From Podarcis tiliguerta (taxonomy: Eukaryota): 64,000 nt of DNA. Where the stretch lies: assembly GCA_965153285.1 (NCBI GenBank), contig OZ229110.1. The stretch is one strand, 5' to 3'. Position 1 is the stretch's first letter. Every line of letters begins with the position of its first letter. The position numbers and the translations under genes are program-made. The notes under the pieces are model-generated. The model was not told the origin of the DNA. It searched no databases and worked only from the letters and a program-made list of their open reading frames with translations. Positions 1-12,811 of this stretch are shown piece by piece.

Positions 1-480
1 TACCTCCCCATCCCTGTGCCGTCTTTGCTCTGGAATGAACCTGTCATTAAAGCCCTAAGAAATAATAAAAATAAACAGGCAAATTCCACTCAGTTGGGAA
101 TATAGCTTATGTAAGCAGTGTGTGAAAGTTCTGTTTACAGGAGTTCACTAGGTCAAGGATCCCAGTCTTAAACCAAAAACAAATTACCTACCAACTTTTA
201 AAAACAAATTGAACATGGCACATTAATCAGCAAATCAACAGGTTCTCAAGGGTTTTCAGCTGATTCAATCATCAAGACACTTCAGGCCAGAGGGGTGGGA
301 AAATACAGGAAAGAGTGAATAAAATGTTACGTGTTCCAATTGCCTTAACAAAGTACAAGCATTGCCATTGCACACTCTATACTATGCATGGAAAGGAACT
401 CTGGTTTGTTTAGTTTTTTGCTTTGTTTTTAATAATGAAATTGCGAAATAATGATACGGCAATAATAAACCATCTCCTAC

Positions 481-570
481 CTGGAAAACATTCTTTTTGC
501 TAGACTTGTCTTTAGTCCATTCGATGTGAGCTCCACACAAGTCCACCCATTCAGGTTTATACCCTGCTTT
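481..570 (-). CDS. ARHGAP15: ARHGAP15 coding exon, 90 nt, PH domain (KAGYKPEWVDLCGAHIEWTKDKSSKKNVFQ)
   Basis: Acceptor ttttttgtcaacag|AAA; donor CAG|gtagga; phase 0/0. VDLCGAHIEW.K.KSS.KNVFQ motif. The gene continues beyond the window start. Confidence 0.96.
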
Positions 571-921
571 CTGTTGACAAAAAAATGAGAATCAGTTATA
601 GCAAACTTTATCAGATAAAATCAGAAAAGATTGGCTAGGGAAACTACTACCATCTGAATACCCCAGTACAAATTTCCATATACAGTATGAGCCTACTCCT
701 AACATCAGAATTAGAAACACTTCCACTTCCTGAGGGATAGACTACTAGAAAAATGAATGTTGGTACCTTAAGAATTCAATTATCTATGCAAAGTTTGTTT
801 CTAAAAACTTAGAGGTGGTGTATAGTACTTTAACCAGGCTGTGCCTACTCAGTGGGACAGCTCAGGTAAGGAACAGCCACTATTATGGGCAATTAGTTCA
901 TTGCCTCAGTACCATTTAAGC

Positions 922-1233
922 CAGGCACATCAAACTTCCAAGAGACTGCAATCTACTCCCGGTATAAAAAAAACTGGCAGTGATATACCCATTGTCATTG
1001 GAGGAAGAGGGTGTGTGTGGATTGCCCAAAATTGTTTTTTGGGGGGTTTTTTTGCGGAGGACTGCCCAGAGTTGTTGAGTTTTTGGAGGTAGGATTGCCC
1101 AAAGATATTCAGCTTTTCTTTGTTAACTTTCGGTAAACTTTATTTAATCCCATGATCAATAAGGGTCCTGCAATCTACCAGGATCAGCCGGAGATCTACT
1201 GGTAGATCACGATCTACTGGTTGGACATGCCTG
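922..1233. mobile_element. Non-autonomous hAT-type DNA transposon
   Basis: Termini CAGGCACATCAAAC ... GTTGGACATGCCTG form an imperfect TIR. Repeated GATCTAC subterminal motifs. Degenerate 8-bp flanks atttaagc / atttagat. Confidence 0.65.
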
Positions 1234-2345
1234 ATTTAGATAATGCCTTTCTGTAAGGCCCTGAACACTTAGGTATAGGTTAGTAGTGCTTTAAAATGAG
1301 TTATTGATTTCCCTAGCACCATGAGTTCCTTGTTTGCTGATGGTTTGTTGTTTGTTTTTATGTTAGAAAGGGCTGTAAGTTTCAGTTCCTGAGTGCCAAC
1401 CCTTTTGAGGAAGCTGCTGTCCAGCAGAGGTGAACAGAAAGAGGCGATTTCCCCTCCAACCAGCATAGCAACCAAGCATCAGAAAGGCACAACCAGGAAG
1501 GTAGAATTTGTGGAAGGCGGTGCTCTGTTTTATTACATTTTGACACATATGTAAATAATATCATTTATATAAAATCTTATTTGTGTACTGCTGTTTGATG
1601 TTTAAAAGTTTTGTCTTTCCCCTCTGTTTAAGTCCTGTGCAGTGAGTTCCTTCAGAGACCCTTAATTAAAAACATTAAGCATCATGCTTTTTTAGAATAA
1701 AAAGAAAGGAAGTTACAGGGCTCCTAGGAATGTTGTTGTTGTTGTTTTTCAGATGCCTTAGTATTACATGAAATTAAAAATCTATTTTCAATTGAACAAC
1801 TCTAATCTGGTTACTTCAAATCTTTCTTTACACCGATAACACAGAAAAAATAATTGGTGTTTTAAAGTTAATGGACAGCACATTCGTTACCACAATGAGG
1901 TAGGTGGATCACAGTTGTAACAACAGAAGGATAAACTTTGGATCTCCTTTGAAATCTGTCAACTTTGCTGGAATGCATAAGCAAATGCTCTCTCCTTTGA
2001 GCAAATGATTATTAAACAAGGATAGTGTATTTTGTGGGGTGGAAATATTTGTAACAGTCATCCCTGCCCTGCAAGGAGCTCTCTGAGAAATACACTACAT
2101 TGTGATGCAGCACTTTTCCTGTATGGCATTGAGTCCCAAATTAGAGTAGAATGCCTTCAGAGATTGCTGAAGGAAGCCTATCCACTTGAAGTGGTGGCAA
2201 ACTCTTTTTTCATGGGGGGCGGGGGGAACCAATCATTCCATGGTGAAACCATCACATGGTTCCACCAGAAGCTAAATTAAGTCCAGTGCTGCTCAGCCCA
2301 CAAGCGATCACACCAATTTAGTTGTGTGAGCAGAAATTCACATTG

Positions 2346-2437
2346 AGGAAGGGCTATAGCTTGGTAGCAGAGCTCATGTTTTGGAAGAATGTCTCCGTTT
2401 CAGTCCTTACCATCTCCAGGAAGGACTGGGAAAGACT
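2346..2437 (+). mobile_element. tRNA-derived SINE, 5' fragment (Squam3-like)
   Basis: gggctatagcttggtagcagagc...ccatctccaggaaggactgggaaagact resembles the squamate Squam3 head, including an A-box-like segment. Degraded. Confidence 0.5.
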
Positions 2438-5400
2438 GATCTAGCTCTGTGTAAGTTGGCAAAGGAAACTGCATGCAGAAGCAGCTCAGATGTGCAAAGT
2501 ACCCTTTGGAAAATGAGATGTTGCTGTTTTGTATTGGAACTGACAGTTCGGCATCCTTCCTGCTATCATTCATGATTGAGCCTTTCCATTCCCACCCAAC
2601 TGCAACAATTAACATATATGCCTCCACCTGTTACCCAGCTCCTTGAACCGACCAAGAAATCCAGAATGTCTTTGTGTCTCTTATGAATCCTTCTCGCTGT
2701 CCTTTCTTTACCATGATCACCTGAATGGACAGACTAAAACACCCTCACCTGCCCCAGAGCCTACCAGAATGTTATATTGAATGTATAAACTAAAGAGAGA
2801 CATCTGGGCGGGGGGGCGTGTTTAATTTGTCAGTATCCAGTACTGAAAAGAACACACACATCCAAAGCATTTAAAACATCTTCGTCTTTCCTCTGCTTTA
2901 TGAAATTCATAGGAATCCTACACACTTCCTCCAGTAGCGTGAGTAAAAGCTATCATGAGGACTCCCTCCAACACTCGAATGTCCTTGCTTTGGGTTCTTC
3001 AGTCAGACCAATTATGTTACATCAAAGCCATTGGAAGGGACTGTGCCTGTAAATTGCTACAAGTGCCTGTTACAATGAAATCTTATTCTCCATGCATATG
3101 GATTTGGAAGGCATCTTCACTCAGTAAATTAGTGTGCAGAAGGGCTAATAACCTGAGGTAAGATACCCTCTGTTCTGAATAAACTATCTGGCGGGAGAAA
3201 AATGCATACTGTATAGTGGACTAGAATTTTATGTCAAAACGGAAATGTGTTTAAAAAGACATTTCCCTTATAGAATGTTGCTGACAACTGAATCTGAAGG
3301 ATACACAGTAGTAGAGTATTTTTATACCACAGTCAGAGCAATTGATGAAAAAAACTGAAGAATACACAATTGAAAGGAAGGCAAAATTCAAGGAGTCTGC
3401 AATACACATTTTAGAGGCACTGCCTGTCCGCAATGCACACCACTTTATTTTATACATCTATGATGTTTAGCAGAGTTGCACACGTGCAATGTCAAATGTA
3501 GACCCTATTCAATAGTTCTTCTTTCTCCCTGCCCTCAATTATAATTGTACAAGGGGAGAATAGGGATGAGTCCATTGGACCTGCCTCCTCCTGCATGTCC
3601 GTATCTCTCACTCACACACATATTGGGGGCTTAACTTCTCCAGCAGGGAGCCTTTTATACTTAGGTAGGTTCCCTGCATGATAAAGAAACCTCAAAGAGC
3701 AAGCTGCTAGGACCTGGCAGTGCAAATGGTATCACAAGCCAGGGCTTAAATGATTCTAGATAGTCCTAATGTACTCATGAGGTTCTGACAGACAACACAC
3801 TTCAGCCAGATTACGGAGTTTCAATTTAATAATTGATTCAATGAGCAGTTTGTAATACTATGGCTCCATTTGGAAGCAACCTTGGTCTATATGTTGCTTT
3901 ATCATACTTGGATATCTTCTGAAATATATAAGGACATTGTTATTTAAAAACTAGTAATGATTAACTCAGTCCAGTTTTGTTTCTTGCTATCTCCAAATGT
4001 AACTGCATATATGTAAGGGTATGAAGGTCTATTGGAATGCACTTTTATTCCTCCCTCTATATTGTTGAAATGGAACTGTTGCACTGAAACATTTTGCTTC
4101 ATTTTTTTGGTTCATTTTTAAAAGAAACGATCAATTTATACCCAGTACTTAAAACATAAATGTATTAATTCATTAATTCCTGATTATTAAGAACATATCC
4201 ATCTTTGTAATAAATTGCATAATTTTCATGCCCAAAATAAGATTGCCGTGTTATTAAATTCATACCACAATGAATGAATATTACGGTATTTAATTAATGG
4301 TTGAATTCTTCCGTTCTCTAAAGTAAACAATACTTGAAAGTAAAATCAGTAAACAAATAATTTTTAATGAAATCACATGTGTACATTTGCTTCCTTTGCT
4401 CCTATCAAAAATTACAGTAGGATGAATGGTTTGCTGCAAACATCACATTAGCTGCATCAGAAACAAATAAGCTTGCCTCCATAGACTCCTTCTGGTAAAG
4501 AACTTTTTTTCAGATTGTTAGGCATGGGGGGGGGGGAGTTCTGAGCAGCTGTACTTTAGCAATGGGATAATTTAGACATTAATGAAATAATATAATGAGT
4601 TCATTGTTTTGTGGCAAAGGCTGGATCCTATGATCTGACCATTTTTTATTATCTGTTGATTGAACAGTGCCTTCATTTCTATTCCCTTAGAAAATAATAA
4701 TAACAATAATAAAACCACAACAGCCAAACTGGCCTATTTGCATGCCCAAGCACATTTGTGCATTGACTGGCCCTTTCCCAGGTTTATGTTCCATTTGCGG
4801 CTGCTTGTGGTGCATAAGAAGCCACTTCTCCAAATACCAAAAGTACCAGATTTAACGGGCTGTACCACAGGGAGGTGCTATTGGAAAGAAAGGTTTGCAT
4901 CCTCAATCCATGTTTCCTCCTACATCTGGACTTTTGTTAAGCCCTAAACCTGTTCCTTGGCCTCTTGACAAACTTTTTTGAACCTGCCTTTCTGACCCAT
5001 GCATTCATGGTGGTGGACAACAACTTCATTGTGAAGCCTGAAAAGGGTCTTCAACGTGACTGAGGAAGTTGATCAATTTGGCATCAGTTGCTGGGGTGGG
5101 GCTAGTTGCCTTTTGGGGATGATGATGCTCCTCTGGAGGATCTAGATTAAGACTTAGTGGACTTGGAACATTGCTACTTAAACCTGAAACTGGTAGATTC
5201 CCTTGAACTGTTGTTCTGAAAGGAATGATGTGCTGTGGCTTTCTTTTATTTTCACCAAGGAATTAAATCAGACTGTTTGAATAGCTTACTTCTTGAAAAG
5301 ATGAGCCTGCCAGTCTCAGTTGAGACCCTGGGTCCACCTTCCACTGGCATCGCTAGTGTGCATCCCACCACAGCATTAGCGGCCAGTCCTAGCAGTCATC

Positions 5401-6955
5401 TGGAAGATACTAAATGAAGGGTTGGTCCTAAGAGCCACCAGCAGTTCCAAAAACTCCTTTGCAAAGACAGAGTCACTAAAAAATGCCTGTATGGGCCACA
5501 GATTCAGGTTCCTGGGGGCTAACTCAATCTGTCCTTAAGCTCCTGCCCGTTTTGCTTCTCTGTGGCTGATGATGATAAGACAACCACTGGAGTATCCACT
5601 AGAGGTACTTTAAATCAGGGTGAGGAATTAGATTTGGCCAACAGGCCAAATCCCTCATTCCCCCAACTCAACTGTGACAGGTGGCTAGAACTAATACCGA
5701 TCACTGCAAAGGGTGGGGGGGGGGTGTAAACTCTGTTTGGAGGAACCAGTTCAGATTCAAATCACTTTCTTTGAATGGAACATTTCCCCACTTGGATTTA
5801 AACTGCTTCCTCTAAACAAAGCATTTTTCTCCATCATCTCCTAAAGACGTCTCCAATCTGCAAACAACTCCATCAGGACCAAAGTAGCTGCCAATCAGGG
5901 AACAAACACGCAGAAATAAAAGCAGACTTTTGAGGATCATTTTGCCCCTCCAGCCATACTCTGGCACTCAAAACACCAAAATAGATAAACTACACAGCCC
6001 ACTTTTGGACTGCAAAAGGAGCACAATTAAGCAACTGGAATGCCATAATGCAGGACTTCTGTGGCCTGTGTATCAGCTTGATGATCACAAATTGTGATTG
6101 CTGTGCAATCCAAATAATCCAAGGATTTTAGGATCCAGGCAGCAATCTTGAATTCTGAGTACTGGAACTGCAAATTCATAATTAATATGGCAAGTGTTAT
6201 TTAAGAATATAATGTGAATCTTATGAACAAACGTGTGACAGTATAACTTCAGGTTCCAGTCCATTTTCACTTAATACACATTTTGTTTGAAAATGGAAAC
6301 ATACTATGTTATCACTGCAGCATAAAAGCCTATCATATTACCAGCAAGAGATATACAACACATTTTCTCCTTCATTCCCATAATGAACCATTGAAGGAGA
6401 AGGACAAGCTTCCCTATAGCTCACAGTTCCAATGGTCAAACTAATAAAAAGCAAGGAAACAAGCAGGGGGCTCCATATCACCTAACATATCTAAATTTAT
6501 TTATTGTTTCTGACTCCTGTCATATAGTGCACCTTTTTGGTCACCCATCAAACCAATACGGTATGGCAGGTTTGATCAAGCCTTGGGAAGCCATCACAAT
6601 AGGGCTCTGTCAAACCTTTCCCTGTTCAGTCTATAGTGTCACTAATTTATGGATTTCTCTGTTTTTCCGGAGTCCAGAATAGAGGAGGCTCAATCTCAGC
6701 AGCAGCTAGCACTGAAGGGAAACATGCCGTGATTATTTGTACAACATATCTGTCACATATCTGAAGGCTACAATCGAAGGTCTCCCCTCGAGGAACTTTT
6801 TCTCCCCCAAAGTATACTGAATTCTACTTTGAGGTGCATTAACTATATTAGATAGAGTCATAAGGAATATTCAGGAAATGTTAGCCAGATGTAGAATATG
6901 TCACATTTATATGAAGATAAAAATCACTTTGCTAACTTACAGTGTTTTGCTCTTT

Positions 6956-7267
6956 GGTAACACCCTATATTAAGGTGCCATTTATAACTACTTTATTATT
7001 ATTTATGATATGCAAGTCACTTTACAGCAAGCTCAATAGCAACTTAAATTCATGTATTAAAGATGCATACACAGGGTTTAATACAATTTACGTCTTATAA
7101 TATCCTTTGTAACAGATTCTCATCGCCTCATCTGTTAAGCATTTATTACTAATGCATTTTATAACATACTTTATAATACATTATTTGAGGAAGTAGTTGC
7201 ATTTAGAGATCATTTCATAAATAAGAATAAAGCATTTATAACTGGCACCTTAATTTAAAGTGTTACC
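6956..7267. mobile_element. 312-bp AT-rich palindromic element with 53-bp terminal inverted repeats (MITE-like, possibly an ancient MER136-type repeat)
   Basis: 6956-7008 and the reverse complement of 7215-7267 match at 46/53 positions (GGTAACACyyTAwATTAAGGTGCCAkTTATAA...). The family name is recalled, not verified. Confidence 0.8.
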
Positions 7268-7519
7268 TCCACATTACTGGAGAGCCACTCACCATCCGTC
7301 TCACTTTGCAATTATTTTCAAAAAGCACCTCTTAATAAAAGATATGCTGAGTTCTATTTCCCCTCCTCTCTCATCTGATTAAAAGTTTATTGAGTCATTT
7401 TCTTACATCAGATCTTAGAAGTCTAAGGCTTAATAGTTCTGTGCTCTTTTATGATGCCAAACTTTATGTTCAACAACATTTCTGAAAAAGAAAAAGGCGT
7501 AAGAAAGTGAGCTACTTAC

Positions 7520-7607
7520 CAGATTGGCCGCGGCTGCCTGCTTGGATTCCTTGTAAAATTCTATTTTCTGACCGGTGAGAACAAGCCAAGAAGTCATCCA
7601 GTTTTTC
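7520..7607 (-). CDS. ARHGAP15: ARHGAP15 coding exon, 88 nt, PH domain (KNWMTSWLVLTGQKIEFYKESKQAAAANL)
   Basis: Acceptor ttctttaaag|G; donor CTG|gtaagt; phase 2/0, completing the Arg codon split across the previous exon. KNW..SW.VL....IEFYKESKQ motif. Confidence 0.96.
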
Positions 7608-9357
7608 CTTTAAAGAAATAACAACAGTTTTATTGAAAAAGGATCAATTAAGCAAACACAGATTACTTCGTACATAAAGACAGATTCACTTTTGCAGGCC
7701 AAGCACATGTGACACATCAGGGCTGGACTCCAGAAACCATTACTACTGCTTACCTAGAGAGGGCTGGAGCAAGGCAGGCCAGTGGTGTGAGTTGGGGATA
7801 ATGATTGCAACATTAGGACCACTAGATTGGTGAACTCCTGCAGCTCAGCCCCACCACAAGCAGCACTACTGAGCCCAGGGTTCCAAACTATTTACATATA
7901 ACGGTCATCTGCTAGAATAAAGTTTATTTGATTTTCCAAGCTGGGCAGTCAGGCGTGCACTTAAGAACACGATCCAAATTCAAAACAGTATTCAGTACAT
8001 CTCTTCTAATATTGACAGAATTGCAACTGCATGGGTTTAGCCCAATGGTTTGGTAGCTCAGATGCTGTGTCCAAACAGCTACAGCTTTATCCTTAGTTAT
8101 ATTTACAAGTCTGGTTCAGTAGTCTGATTAGGACAACTATGCTTTCTAGGTTGCTCTACTGCAAGACCAATTCACAGCACAGCAAGTGGTAGGAAATCAG
8201 GATGAAACAAAGTAGAAGAATAAAGGAAAGAGGATAATGAGCTATCAAAAGAGCTGAAGAAACTAGTTCTATAGGACTACTTAATGCTTTGCATTTTTAA
8301 AAGATATACAGCATTTAAGAATATATATAAACATCCGATATGTATTTTAAAAAAACACCATGCATATAAAAATGCATACACTTAGAGAGTCTTCCTTGCT
8401 GAGTCTTCTTTTGTTGGCAAACCAAGTTTGCCTCTGTGTAATGAGTGAAATTCTGCTAAAGCTGTCACCTCAGTCTTAAACTCTTTATAGCAAGATCTGA
8501 TTTAAATGTTTAGCTTATTTGGGACAGTAGTAGTCTCATGCAGCCGTATCACCTCATATTTCATGGGGAAAGATGCCCTGTTTGAAATCACCATCAAATT
8601 CAATCTGCAGACTTGTGTGAGCCATGTTAGAGCTCAAGTGCTTTAATTCACCATTTGAAGGCAATTATAACGGATTTCAAAGATGATAATGTTGCATCAT
8701 TTGCAACTTGTTGACTACAAAGATTTGCCACAATGCAGCACAAAATTAAGTGGACATAAACCACTGAAATCAATTGGCTTAAATGTATTTTAGTCTGCCT
8801 TGGCTTCAGTAGTGGTGCATATGGTGGGCTTGCTGGGCTGGGAGGTGGCAAGGTCAGGACCACAGGTGTACTGGCAGGAGCACCAGACTGGCCCCTTCAG
8901 GGCTACCACTCCAAACCAACCCCATCCAGGTAAGCAGCAGCAGCCCTGGTGTTAGGAGGGTGGCTCTGCAGTTCTGCTGCAGTAGATGTAGTGCTATTGC
9001 TTGAATATTGCCATTTACTACAAGTGGAAATAATCAAAATGAATTTACTTCCAAGTAAGGGGATTTACAGTTGTACTCTCTCTCGTGTCTCAAGTTGGCA
9101 TAATAAGTAGAACACTTTCACTGAAGTCCATGCAAAGGTTCATGTTTTGCTAGAGCAAGGCCTATCACGGTTTGTCGTCATTTTGTAAGCAGAGACAATT
9201 TTTTCATTTGTTTCTTTAGACTGAAAACCAGAATAGAAATATCCAGCGACAGCCTGAGAAAGTTGGGACAATCAGTACTGCCACTCCAGATATTTTACTT
9301 CTGGTCCATCATTTGAATAGGATTAATGCATGCTAAATATGTAGATCCTATCCTGTA

Positions 9358-9615
9358 CAGTGGTACCTCGGGTTAAGTACTTAATTTGTTCTGGAGGTCC
9401 GTTCTTAACCTGAAACTGTTCTTAACCTGAAGCACCACTTTAGCTAATGGGGTCTCCCGCTGCCGCCGCGCTGCCAGAGCACAATTTCTGTTCTCATCCT
9501 GAAGCAAAGTTCTTAACCCGAGGTACTATTTCTGGGTTAACGGAGTCTGTAACCTGAAGCGTATGTAACCTGAAGCGTATGTAACCTGAAGCATATGTAA
9601 CCCAAGGTACCACTG
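9358..9615. mobile_element. Tc1/mariner-pogo (Tigger-like) MITE, full length
   Basis: TA|CAGTGGTACCTCGGGTTA ... TAACCCAAGGTACCACTG|TA, with a TA target duplication. Internal tandem of a 16-mer (gtatgtaacctgaagc), about 3 copies. Further copies at 47708 and 61004. Confidence 0.92.
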
Positions 9616-10101
9616 TAGAAGCCACTTTGCAAAGTGGGAAGGCAGAGACAAACACCAGAACTTAGATGTTTTTAAGATCCAGTTCATGTATTACTGCAGT
9701 GGGTTTCTGTAGTCCAGTTCAGTAATATATTAAAGTAATGAATGTCAGCATTACATTAGCCTGAACTTCTATTCCTAGCTAAAGAATGGACTGTGGCACA
9801 GTGTTTACCACATATGGACATGGCATACTTCCTACATTTAGATTTCTGTCTGTCATATATGAGTTTCATTAGCATTACTTCCTCTTGTTTTCTGAAATAC
9901 TGGTGCATAAAAAACAACAACATTTCCTTAGTTGTTGTTTTTAAGGGGGGGGGGGTCCAAAATAGTATTCTATGCAAGAGGTTCCAGAGCACTGGTATTC
10001 ATTGGGTGGACTGGCATCCCAGAAGAGCATTGTACCCTAGGCTAAGGTGAACTGAATCAGTGGCACCAGCTTTCAGGTTTGTTAAGAAAAAGAGGGATAC
10101 T

Positions 10102-10240
10102 AAGGTAGAGGGTAGCTTGGAACCTTCCAAATGTTGTTAGACTCCAACTTCCATCAGCCCCAGTCAGCATGGCCGGTGATATCAAATGATGAGAGTTGTA
10201 GTAAAATAACATCCAGAGGAGTAAATTTTCCCTTGCCCTG
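10102..10240. mobile_element. Old squamate hAT-like MITE (related fragments near 11505-11590, 26750-26817, 54105-54165)
   Basis: Core ccaaatgttgttagactccaacttccatcagccccag...gatgagagttgtagt...aacatccagagg has internal palindromic symmetry, and similar sequence recurs elsewhere in the window. Confidence 0.55.
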
Positions 10241-10800
10241 GGTTAAAAAGAAAAATGGAACTATCACATGCAAAGGACAGCATACTCTAGTATTGCTAAC
10301 ATTTATGTAGAAATACATGTCTTTAGCATTATGAAATATACATACAATTCCATATAGAGTCAGGGGTGGGGTTTTTTCTGTCTTAGAAAAAATCAGTTCA
10401 GCAAAAGGTGAAATATACAGCTGGACAGATGGTGTGACTGCAGCTCTTGATCTTTGGATTGCCAGTAAAGTTTTGGGGTTTTTTGAAATAAAAGTTAACC
10501 TAACAAAATTGATTAAATACATTTTAAAGAATGACACCATGTTGAGGTTTGTCTGGTGGCCCCAACGTGACAGTTTAGCAACAGATTAAAAGGAGACAAA
10601 ATCAGTTAGAATACTGCATCAAAACGATGCAAGAGAGAGACAGAAAAACTCTCAGATATAAAACACCTGTAAACTGTTTTCATGCAAAAAGATAAATATG
10701 AACTACACAGCTGCATAAAACATAATGTCAAACTTCAAGCAGCTTTTTGTAAACTAGAAGCAATGAACTTCTACAGCTTTCTCCTTGTGACCACTGTATT

Positions 10801-10833
10801 TGCATTCTGGCAAATGGACACCTGATGGCAGCA
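10801..10833 (+). promoter_or_regulatory. Possible CTCF site with upstream motif
   Basis: TGCATTCTGGCAAATGGACACCTGATGGCAGCA: the core resembles TGGCCACYAGRKGGCAG with two mismatches, and TGCA lies at the usual upstream spacing. Motif only. Confidence 0.3.
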
Positions 10834-11274
10834 CACTATAAGACCAACACAGTTTGCATTGATTGCTATATGTTCTTAGAGAAGCAGGGACTTAAGTTTA
10901 AGTGGGTAATTCTAGGTTTATAACAAAAATTATGACACTTCCATTTCTGCCCCCCCCCCCAAATGTTTAACCACAGGAGCAGGAAGATCAGGCATTGTTT
11001 TCCTGTACTGGGCATGCAGAGTTACTAATAGATTCCACACATCTTTTATTTTGTATAAATGGCAAAAGCATTCTCAAAAATAGCATAAGCAGATTTAGGC
11101 AACATTTAATTTTGCAGACATGCTTCACTTCTTCACAGAGGGGCCAGATCCAAATAAGGAAAAGGGCTCATACACCTTTAATAGTTGTGTGGAAATGAGA
11201 ATTTCAGCAGGCGTGCTCCCTCTCTTTCATCTGGCTGCCCTAAAGATTCTTGGAATAGGATGAAGTCTTGAGTT

Positions 11275-11480
11275 AAGATTCATGTGGGCTGAGTTGCTTG
11301 ACTAGGTTCAAGCTCCTCTCAGCCACACGGATTGTACTGAGTGACTCCCCTTCCTTATCCCTTGATAAGGGACTTATCCCTTGAGGCTCTTGTGGGGGGG
11401 AAAGGAGAAGGACAAATTCCCACCCTAAGCTTTACTTGTACAAAGGGCAAGGTAAAATACATGCAATTAATAAATAAAAT
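11275..11480 (+). mobile_element. Degraded MIR/L2-type SINE
   Basis: B-box-like ggttcaagctcc, core ttgtgggggggaaaggaga and an (aata)n tail. It has the same architecture as the minus-strand copy at 59424-59618. Confidence 0.45.
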
Positions 11481-12752
11481 GGTCAAGCAGTCATTTGATT
11501 AGAACAGGGGCACTCAATACAGTGCCAATTTTGGACCCACCAGCCCCAGCCTGTATAGTCAATGGTTAAAGATGGGAGTTGGGAGAGGACAATGGTGGCT
11601 ACTCCTTCATTAGAAAAAGGTTATTCGACCCAAGTGAGAACCCAGGAGTTTAGTGACTATATAAACCAATTTAAATGTTCACTTACTCTGGTACTACAGT
11701 CTTCTCACAGAACAATACTACTTCAGTTTTTCCTGCAGAGTTGGTTGTTCAAAAGGGTCTCCTGACATGAAAATGGTGCTCTACGTAAAAACTTAACTCT
11801 TCAGAGAGATAGCTACCTGCCTCCTGCACTCCATTCTCCAAGTGAAAACTAAGATACTATATGTCCATAAGACTGTACAGCCTCAGAAAGTAAATACAGT
11901 GAAATCAGCTGTAAATTACCACAGTCACTATGAAGAAATACAGCCGTGACAATCCAGATTCCAGACACAGAATTTTTGAGTTGAAGTTGCCTCAAAAATC
12001 TGCTAATCCAGCCTCTGAATCCCAATATATTTTCTACACTCAATAATCACTAATTACTAATGACATTTCCACCTCCAGTTTGAAAAGCAACGATTTCCCT
12101 TCCCCTCAAATTACGGTCTGGGCAGAGTGATCCATGTGCTTGCCACTGCCAGTTTCAAGTCCTCTGCCTGAGGCTGAGGGCAGAAGTGGCACAAGAACTG
12201 CAGCTTGCTAATACAGCACCTATTATGAAAACACAGCAGGATGCACTTATTTCTAAAAGATTCCCCAGTTTAATTCTTTTCTTTTTAAAGGACTCTGTTT
12301 GGGGGCTTTTTAAAACAACAACAACGTTGGGAGGGTTAAAACTTAAGAAAATGAAAATCTAGCAAGTTCCCAGGGCAAAAAAAGAATTGCTACAATTAAA
12401 GATAATGAATCAGTATCTTGTTTCTGCTTCCACTGAAATCACTTTAAAAACAAAAAAGGCACCCAATGGATAAAATACATTATTTTGTGAAACTTTTACC
12501 ATAATCGAACCCCAATGTTCTTAAACTATGTATTTGCTGCAGATTAATAACATAGAAATATATTACCCTTCCTAATTTATAATACAGAAGAAAGACCCAT
12601 GAATTCTGTGTACCATATGATGTCACCTTATGAAATTACTATGATACTTTGAGCTTAGTCTGCAGGTCAGGCTCTTATAGCTACCCCTTCAAGAGATAAT
12701 GAGCTTTCTAACACTTTTGCTTATACTGTAAGTTTTGGTTATTGCCTCATAC

Positions 12753-12811
12753 CTTTGCTTCTTGCCTCCATCTGCAATTTTAGCTTTTAGAAGACACCCT
12801 TCTTTGATTAC
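12753..12811 (-). CDS. ARHGAP15: ARHGAP15 coding exon, 59 nt, start of PH domain (VIKEGCLLKAKIADGGKKQ-R)
   Basis: Acceptor ttattgcag|GTA; donor AAG|gtatga; phase 0/2. KEG.L.KAKIADGGKK.R is the first PH strand of the ARHGAP9/12/15/27 family. Confidence 0.96.

Noticed and set aside
4730-5560. Moderately GC-rich stretch suggestive of a decayed retroelement (DIRS/LINE ORF1)
   Set aside because: No motif could be recognised with confidence by eye.
9545-9605. Regular 16-bp repeats (and arrays at 15870-15930 and 63249-63420) as CRISPR-like arrays
   Set aside because: There are no unique spacers, the arrays are internal to MITEs, and the context is eukaryotic.
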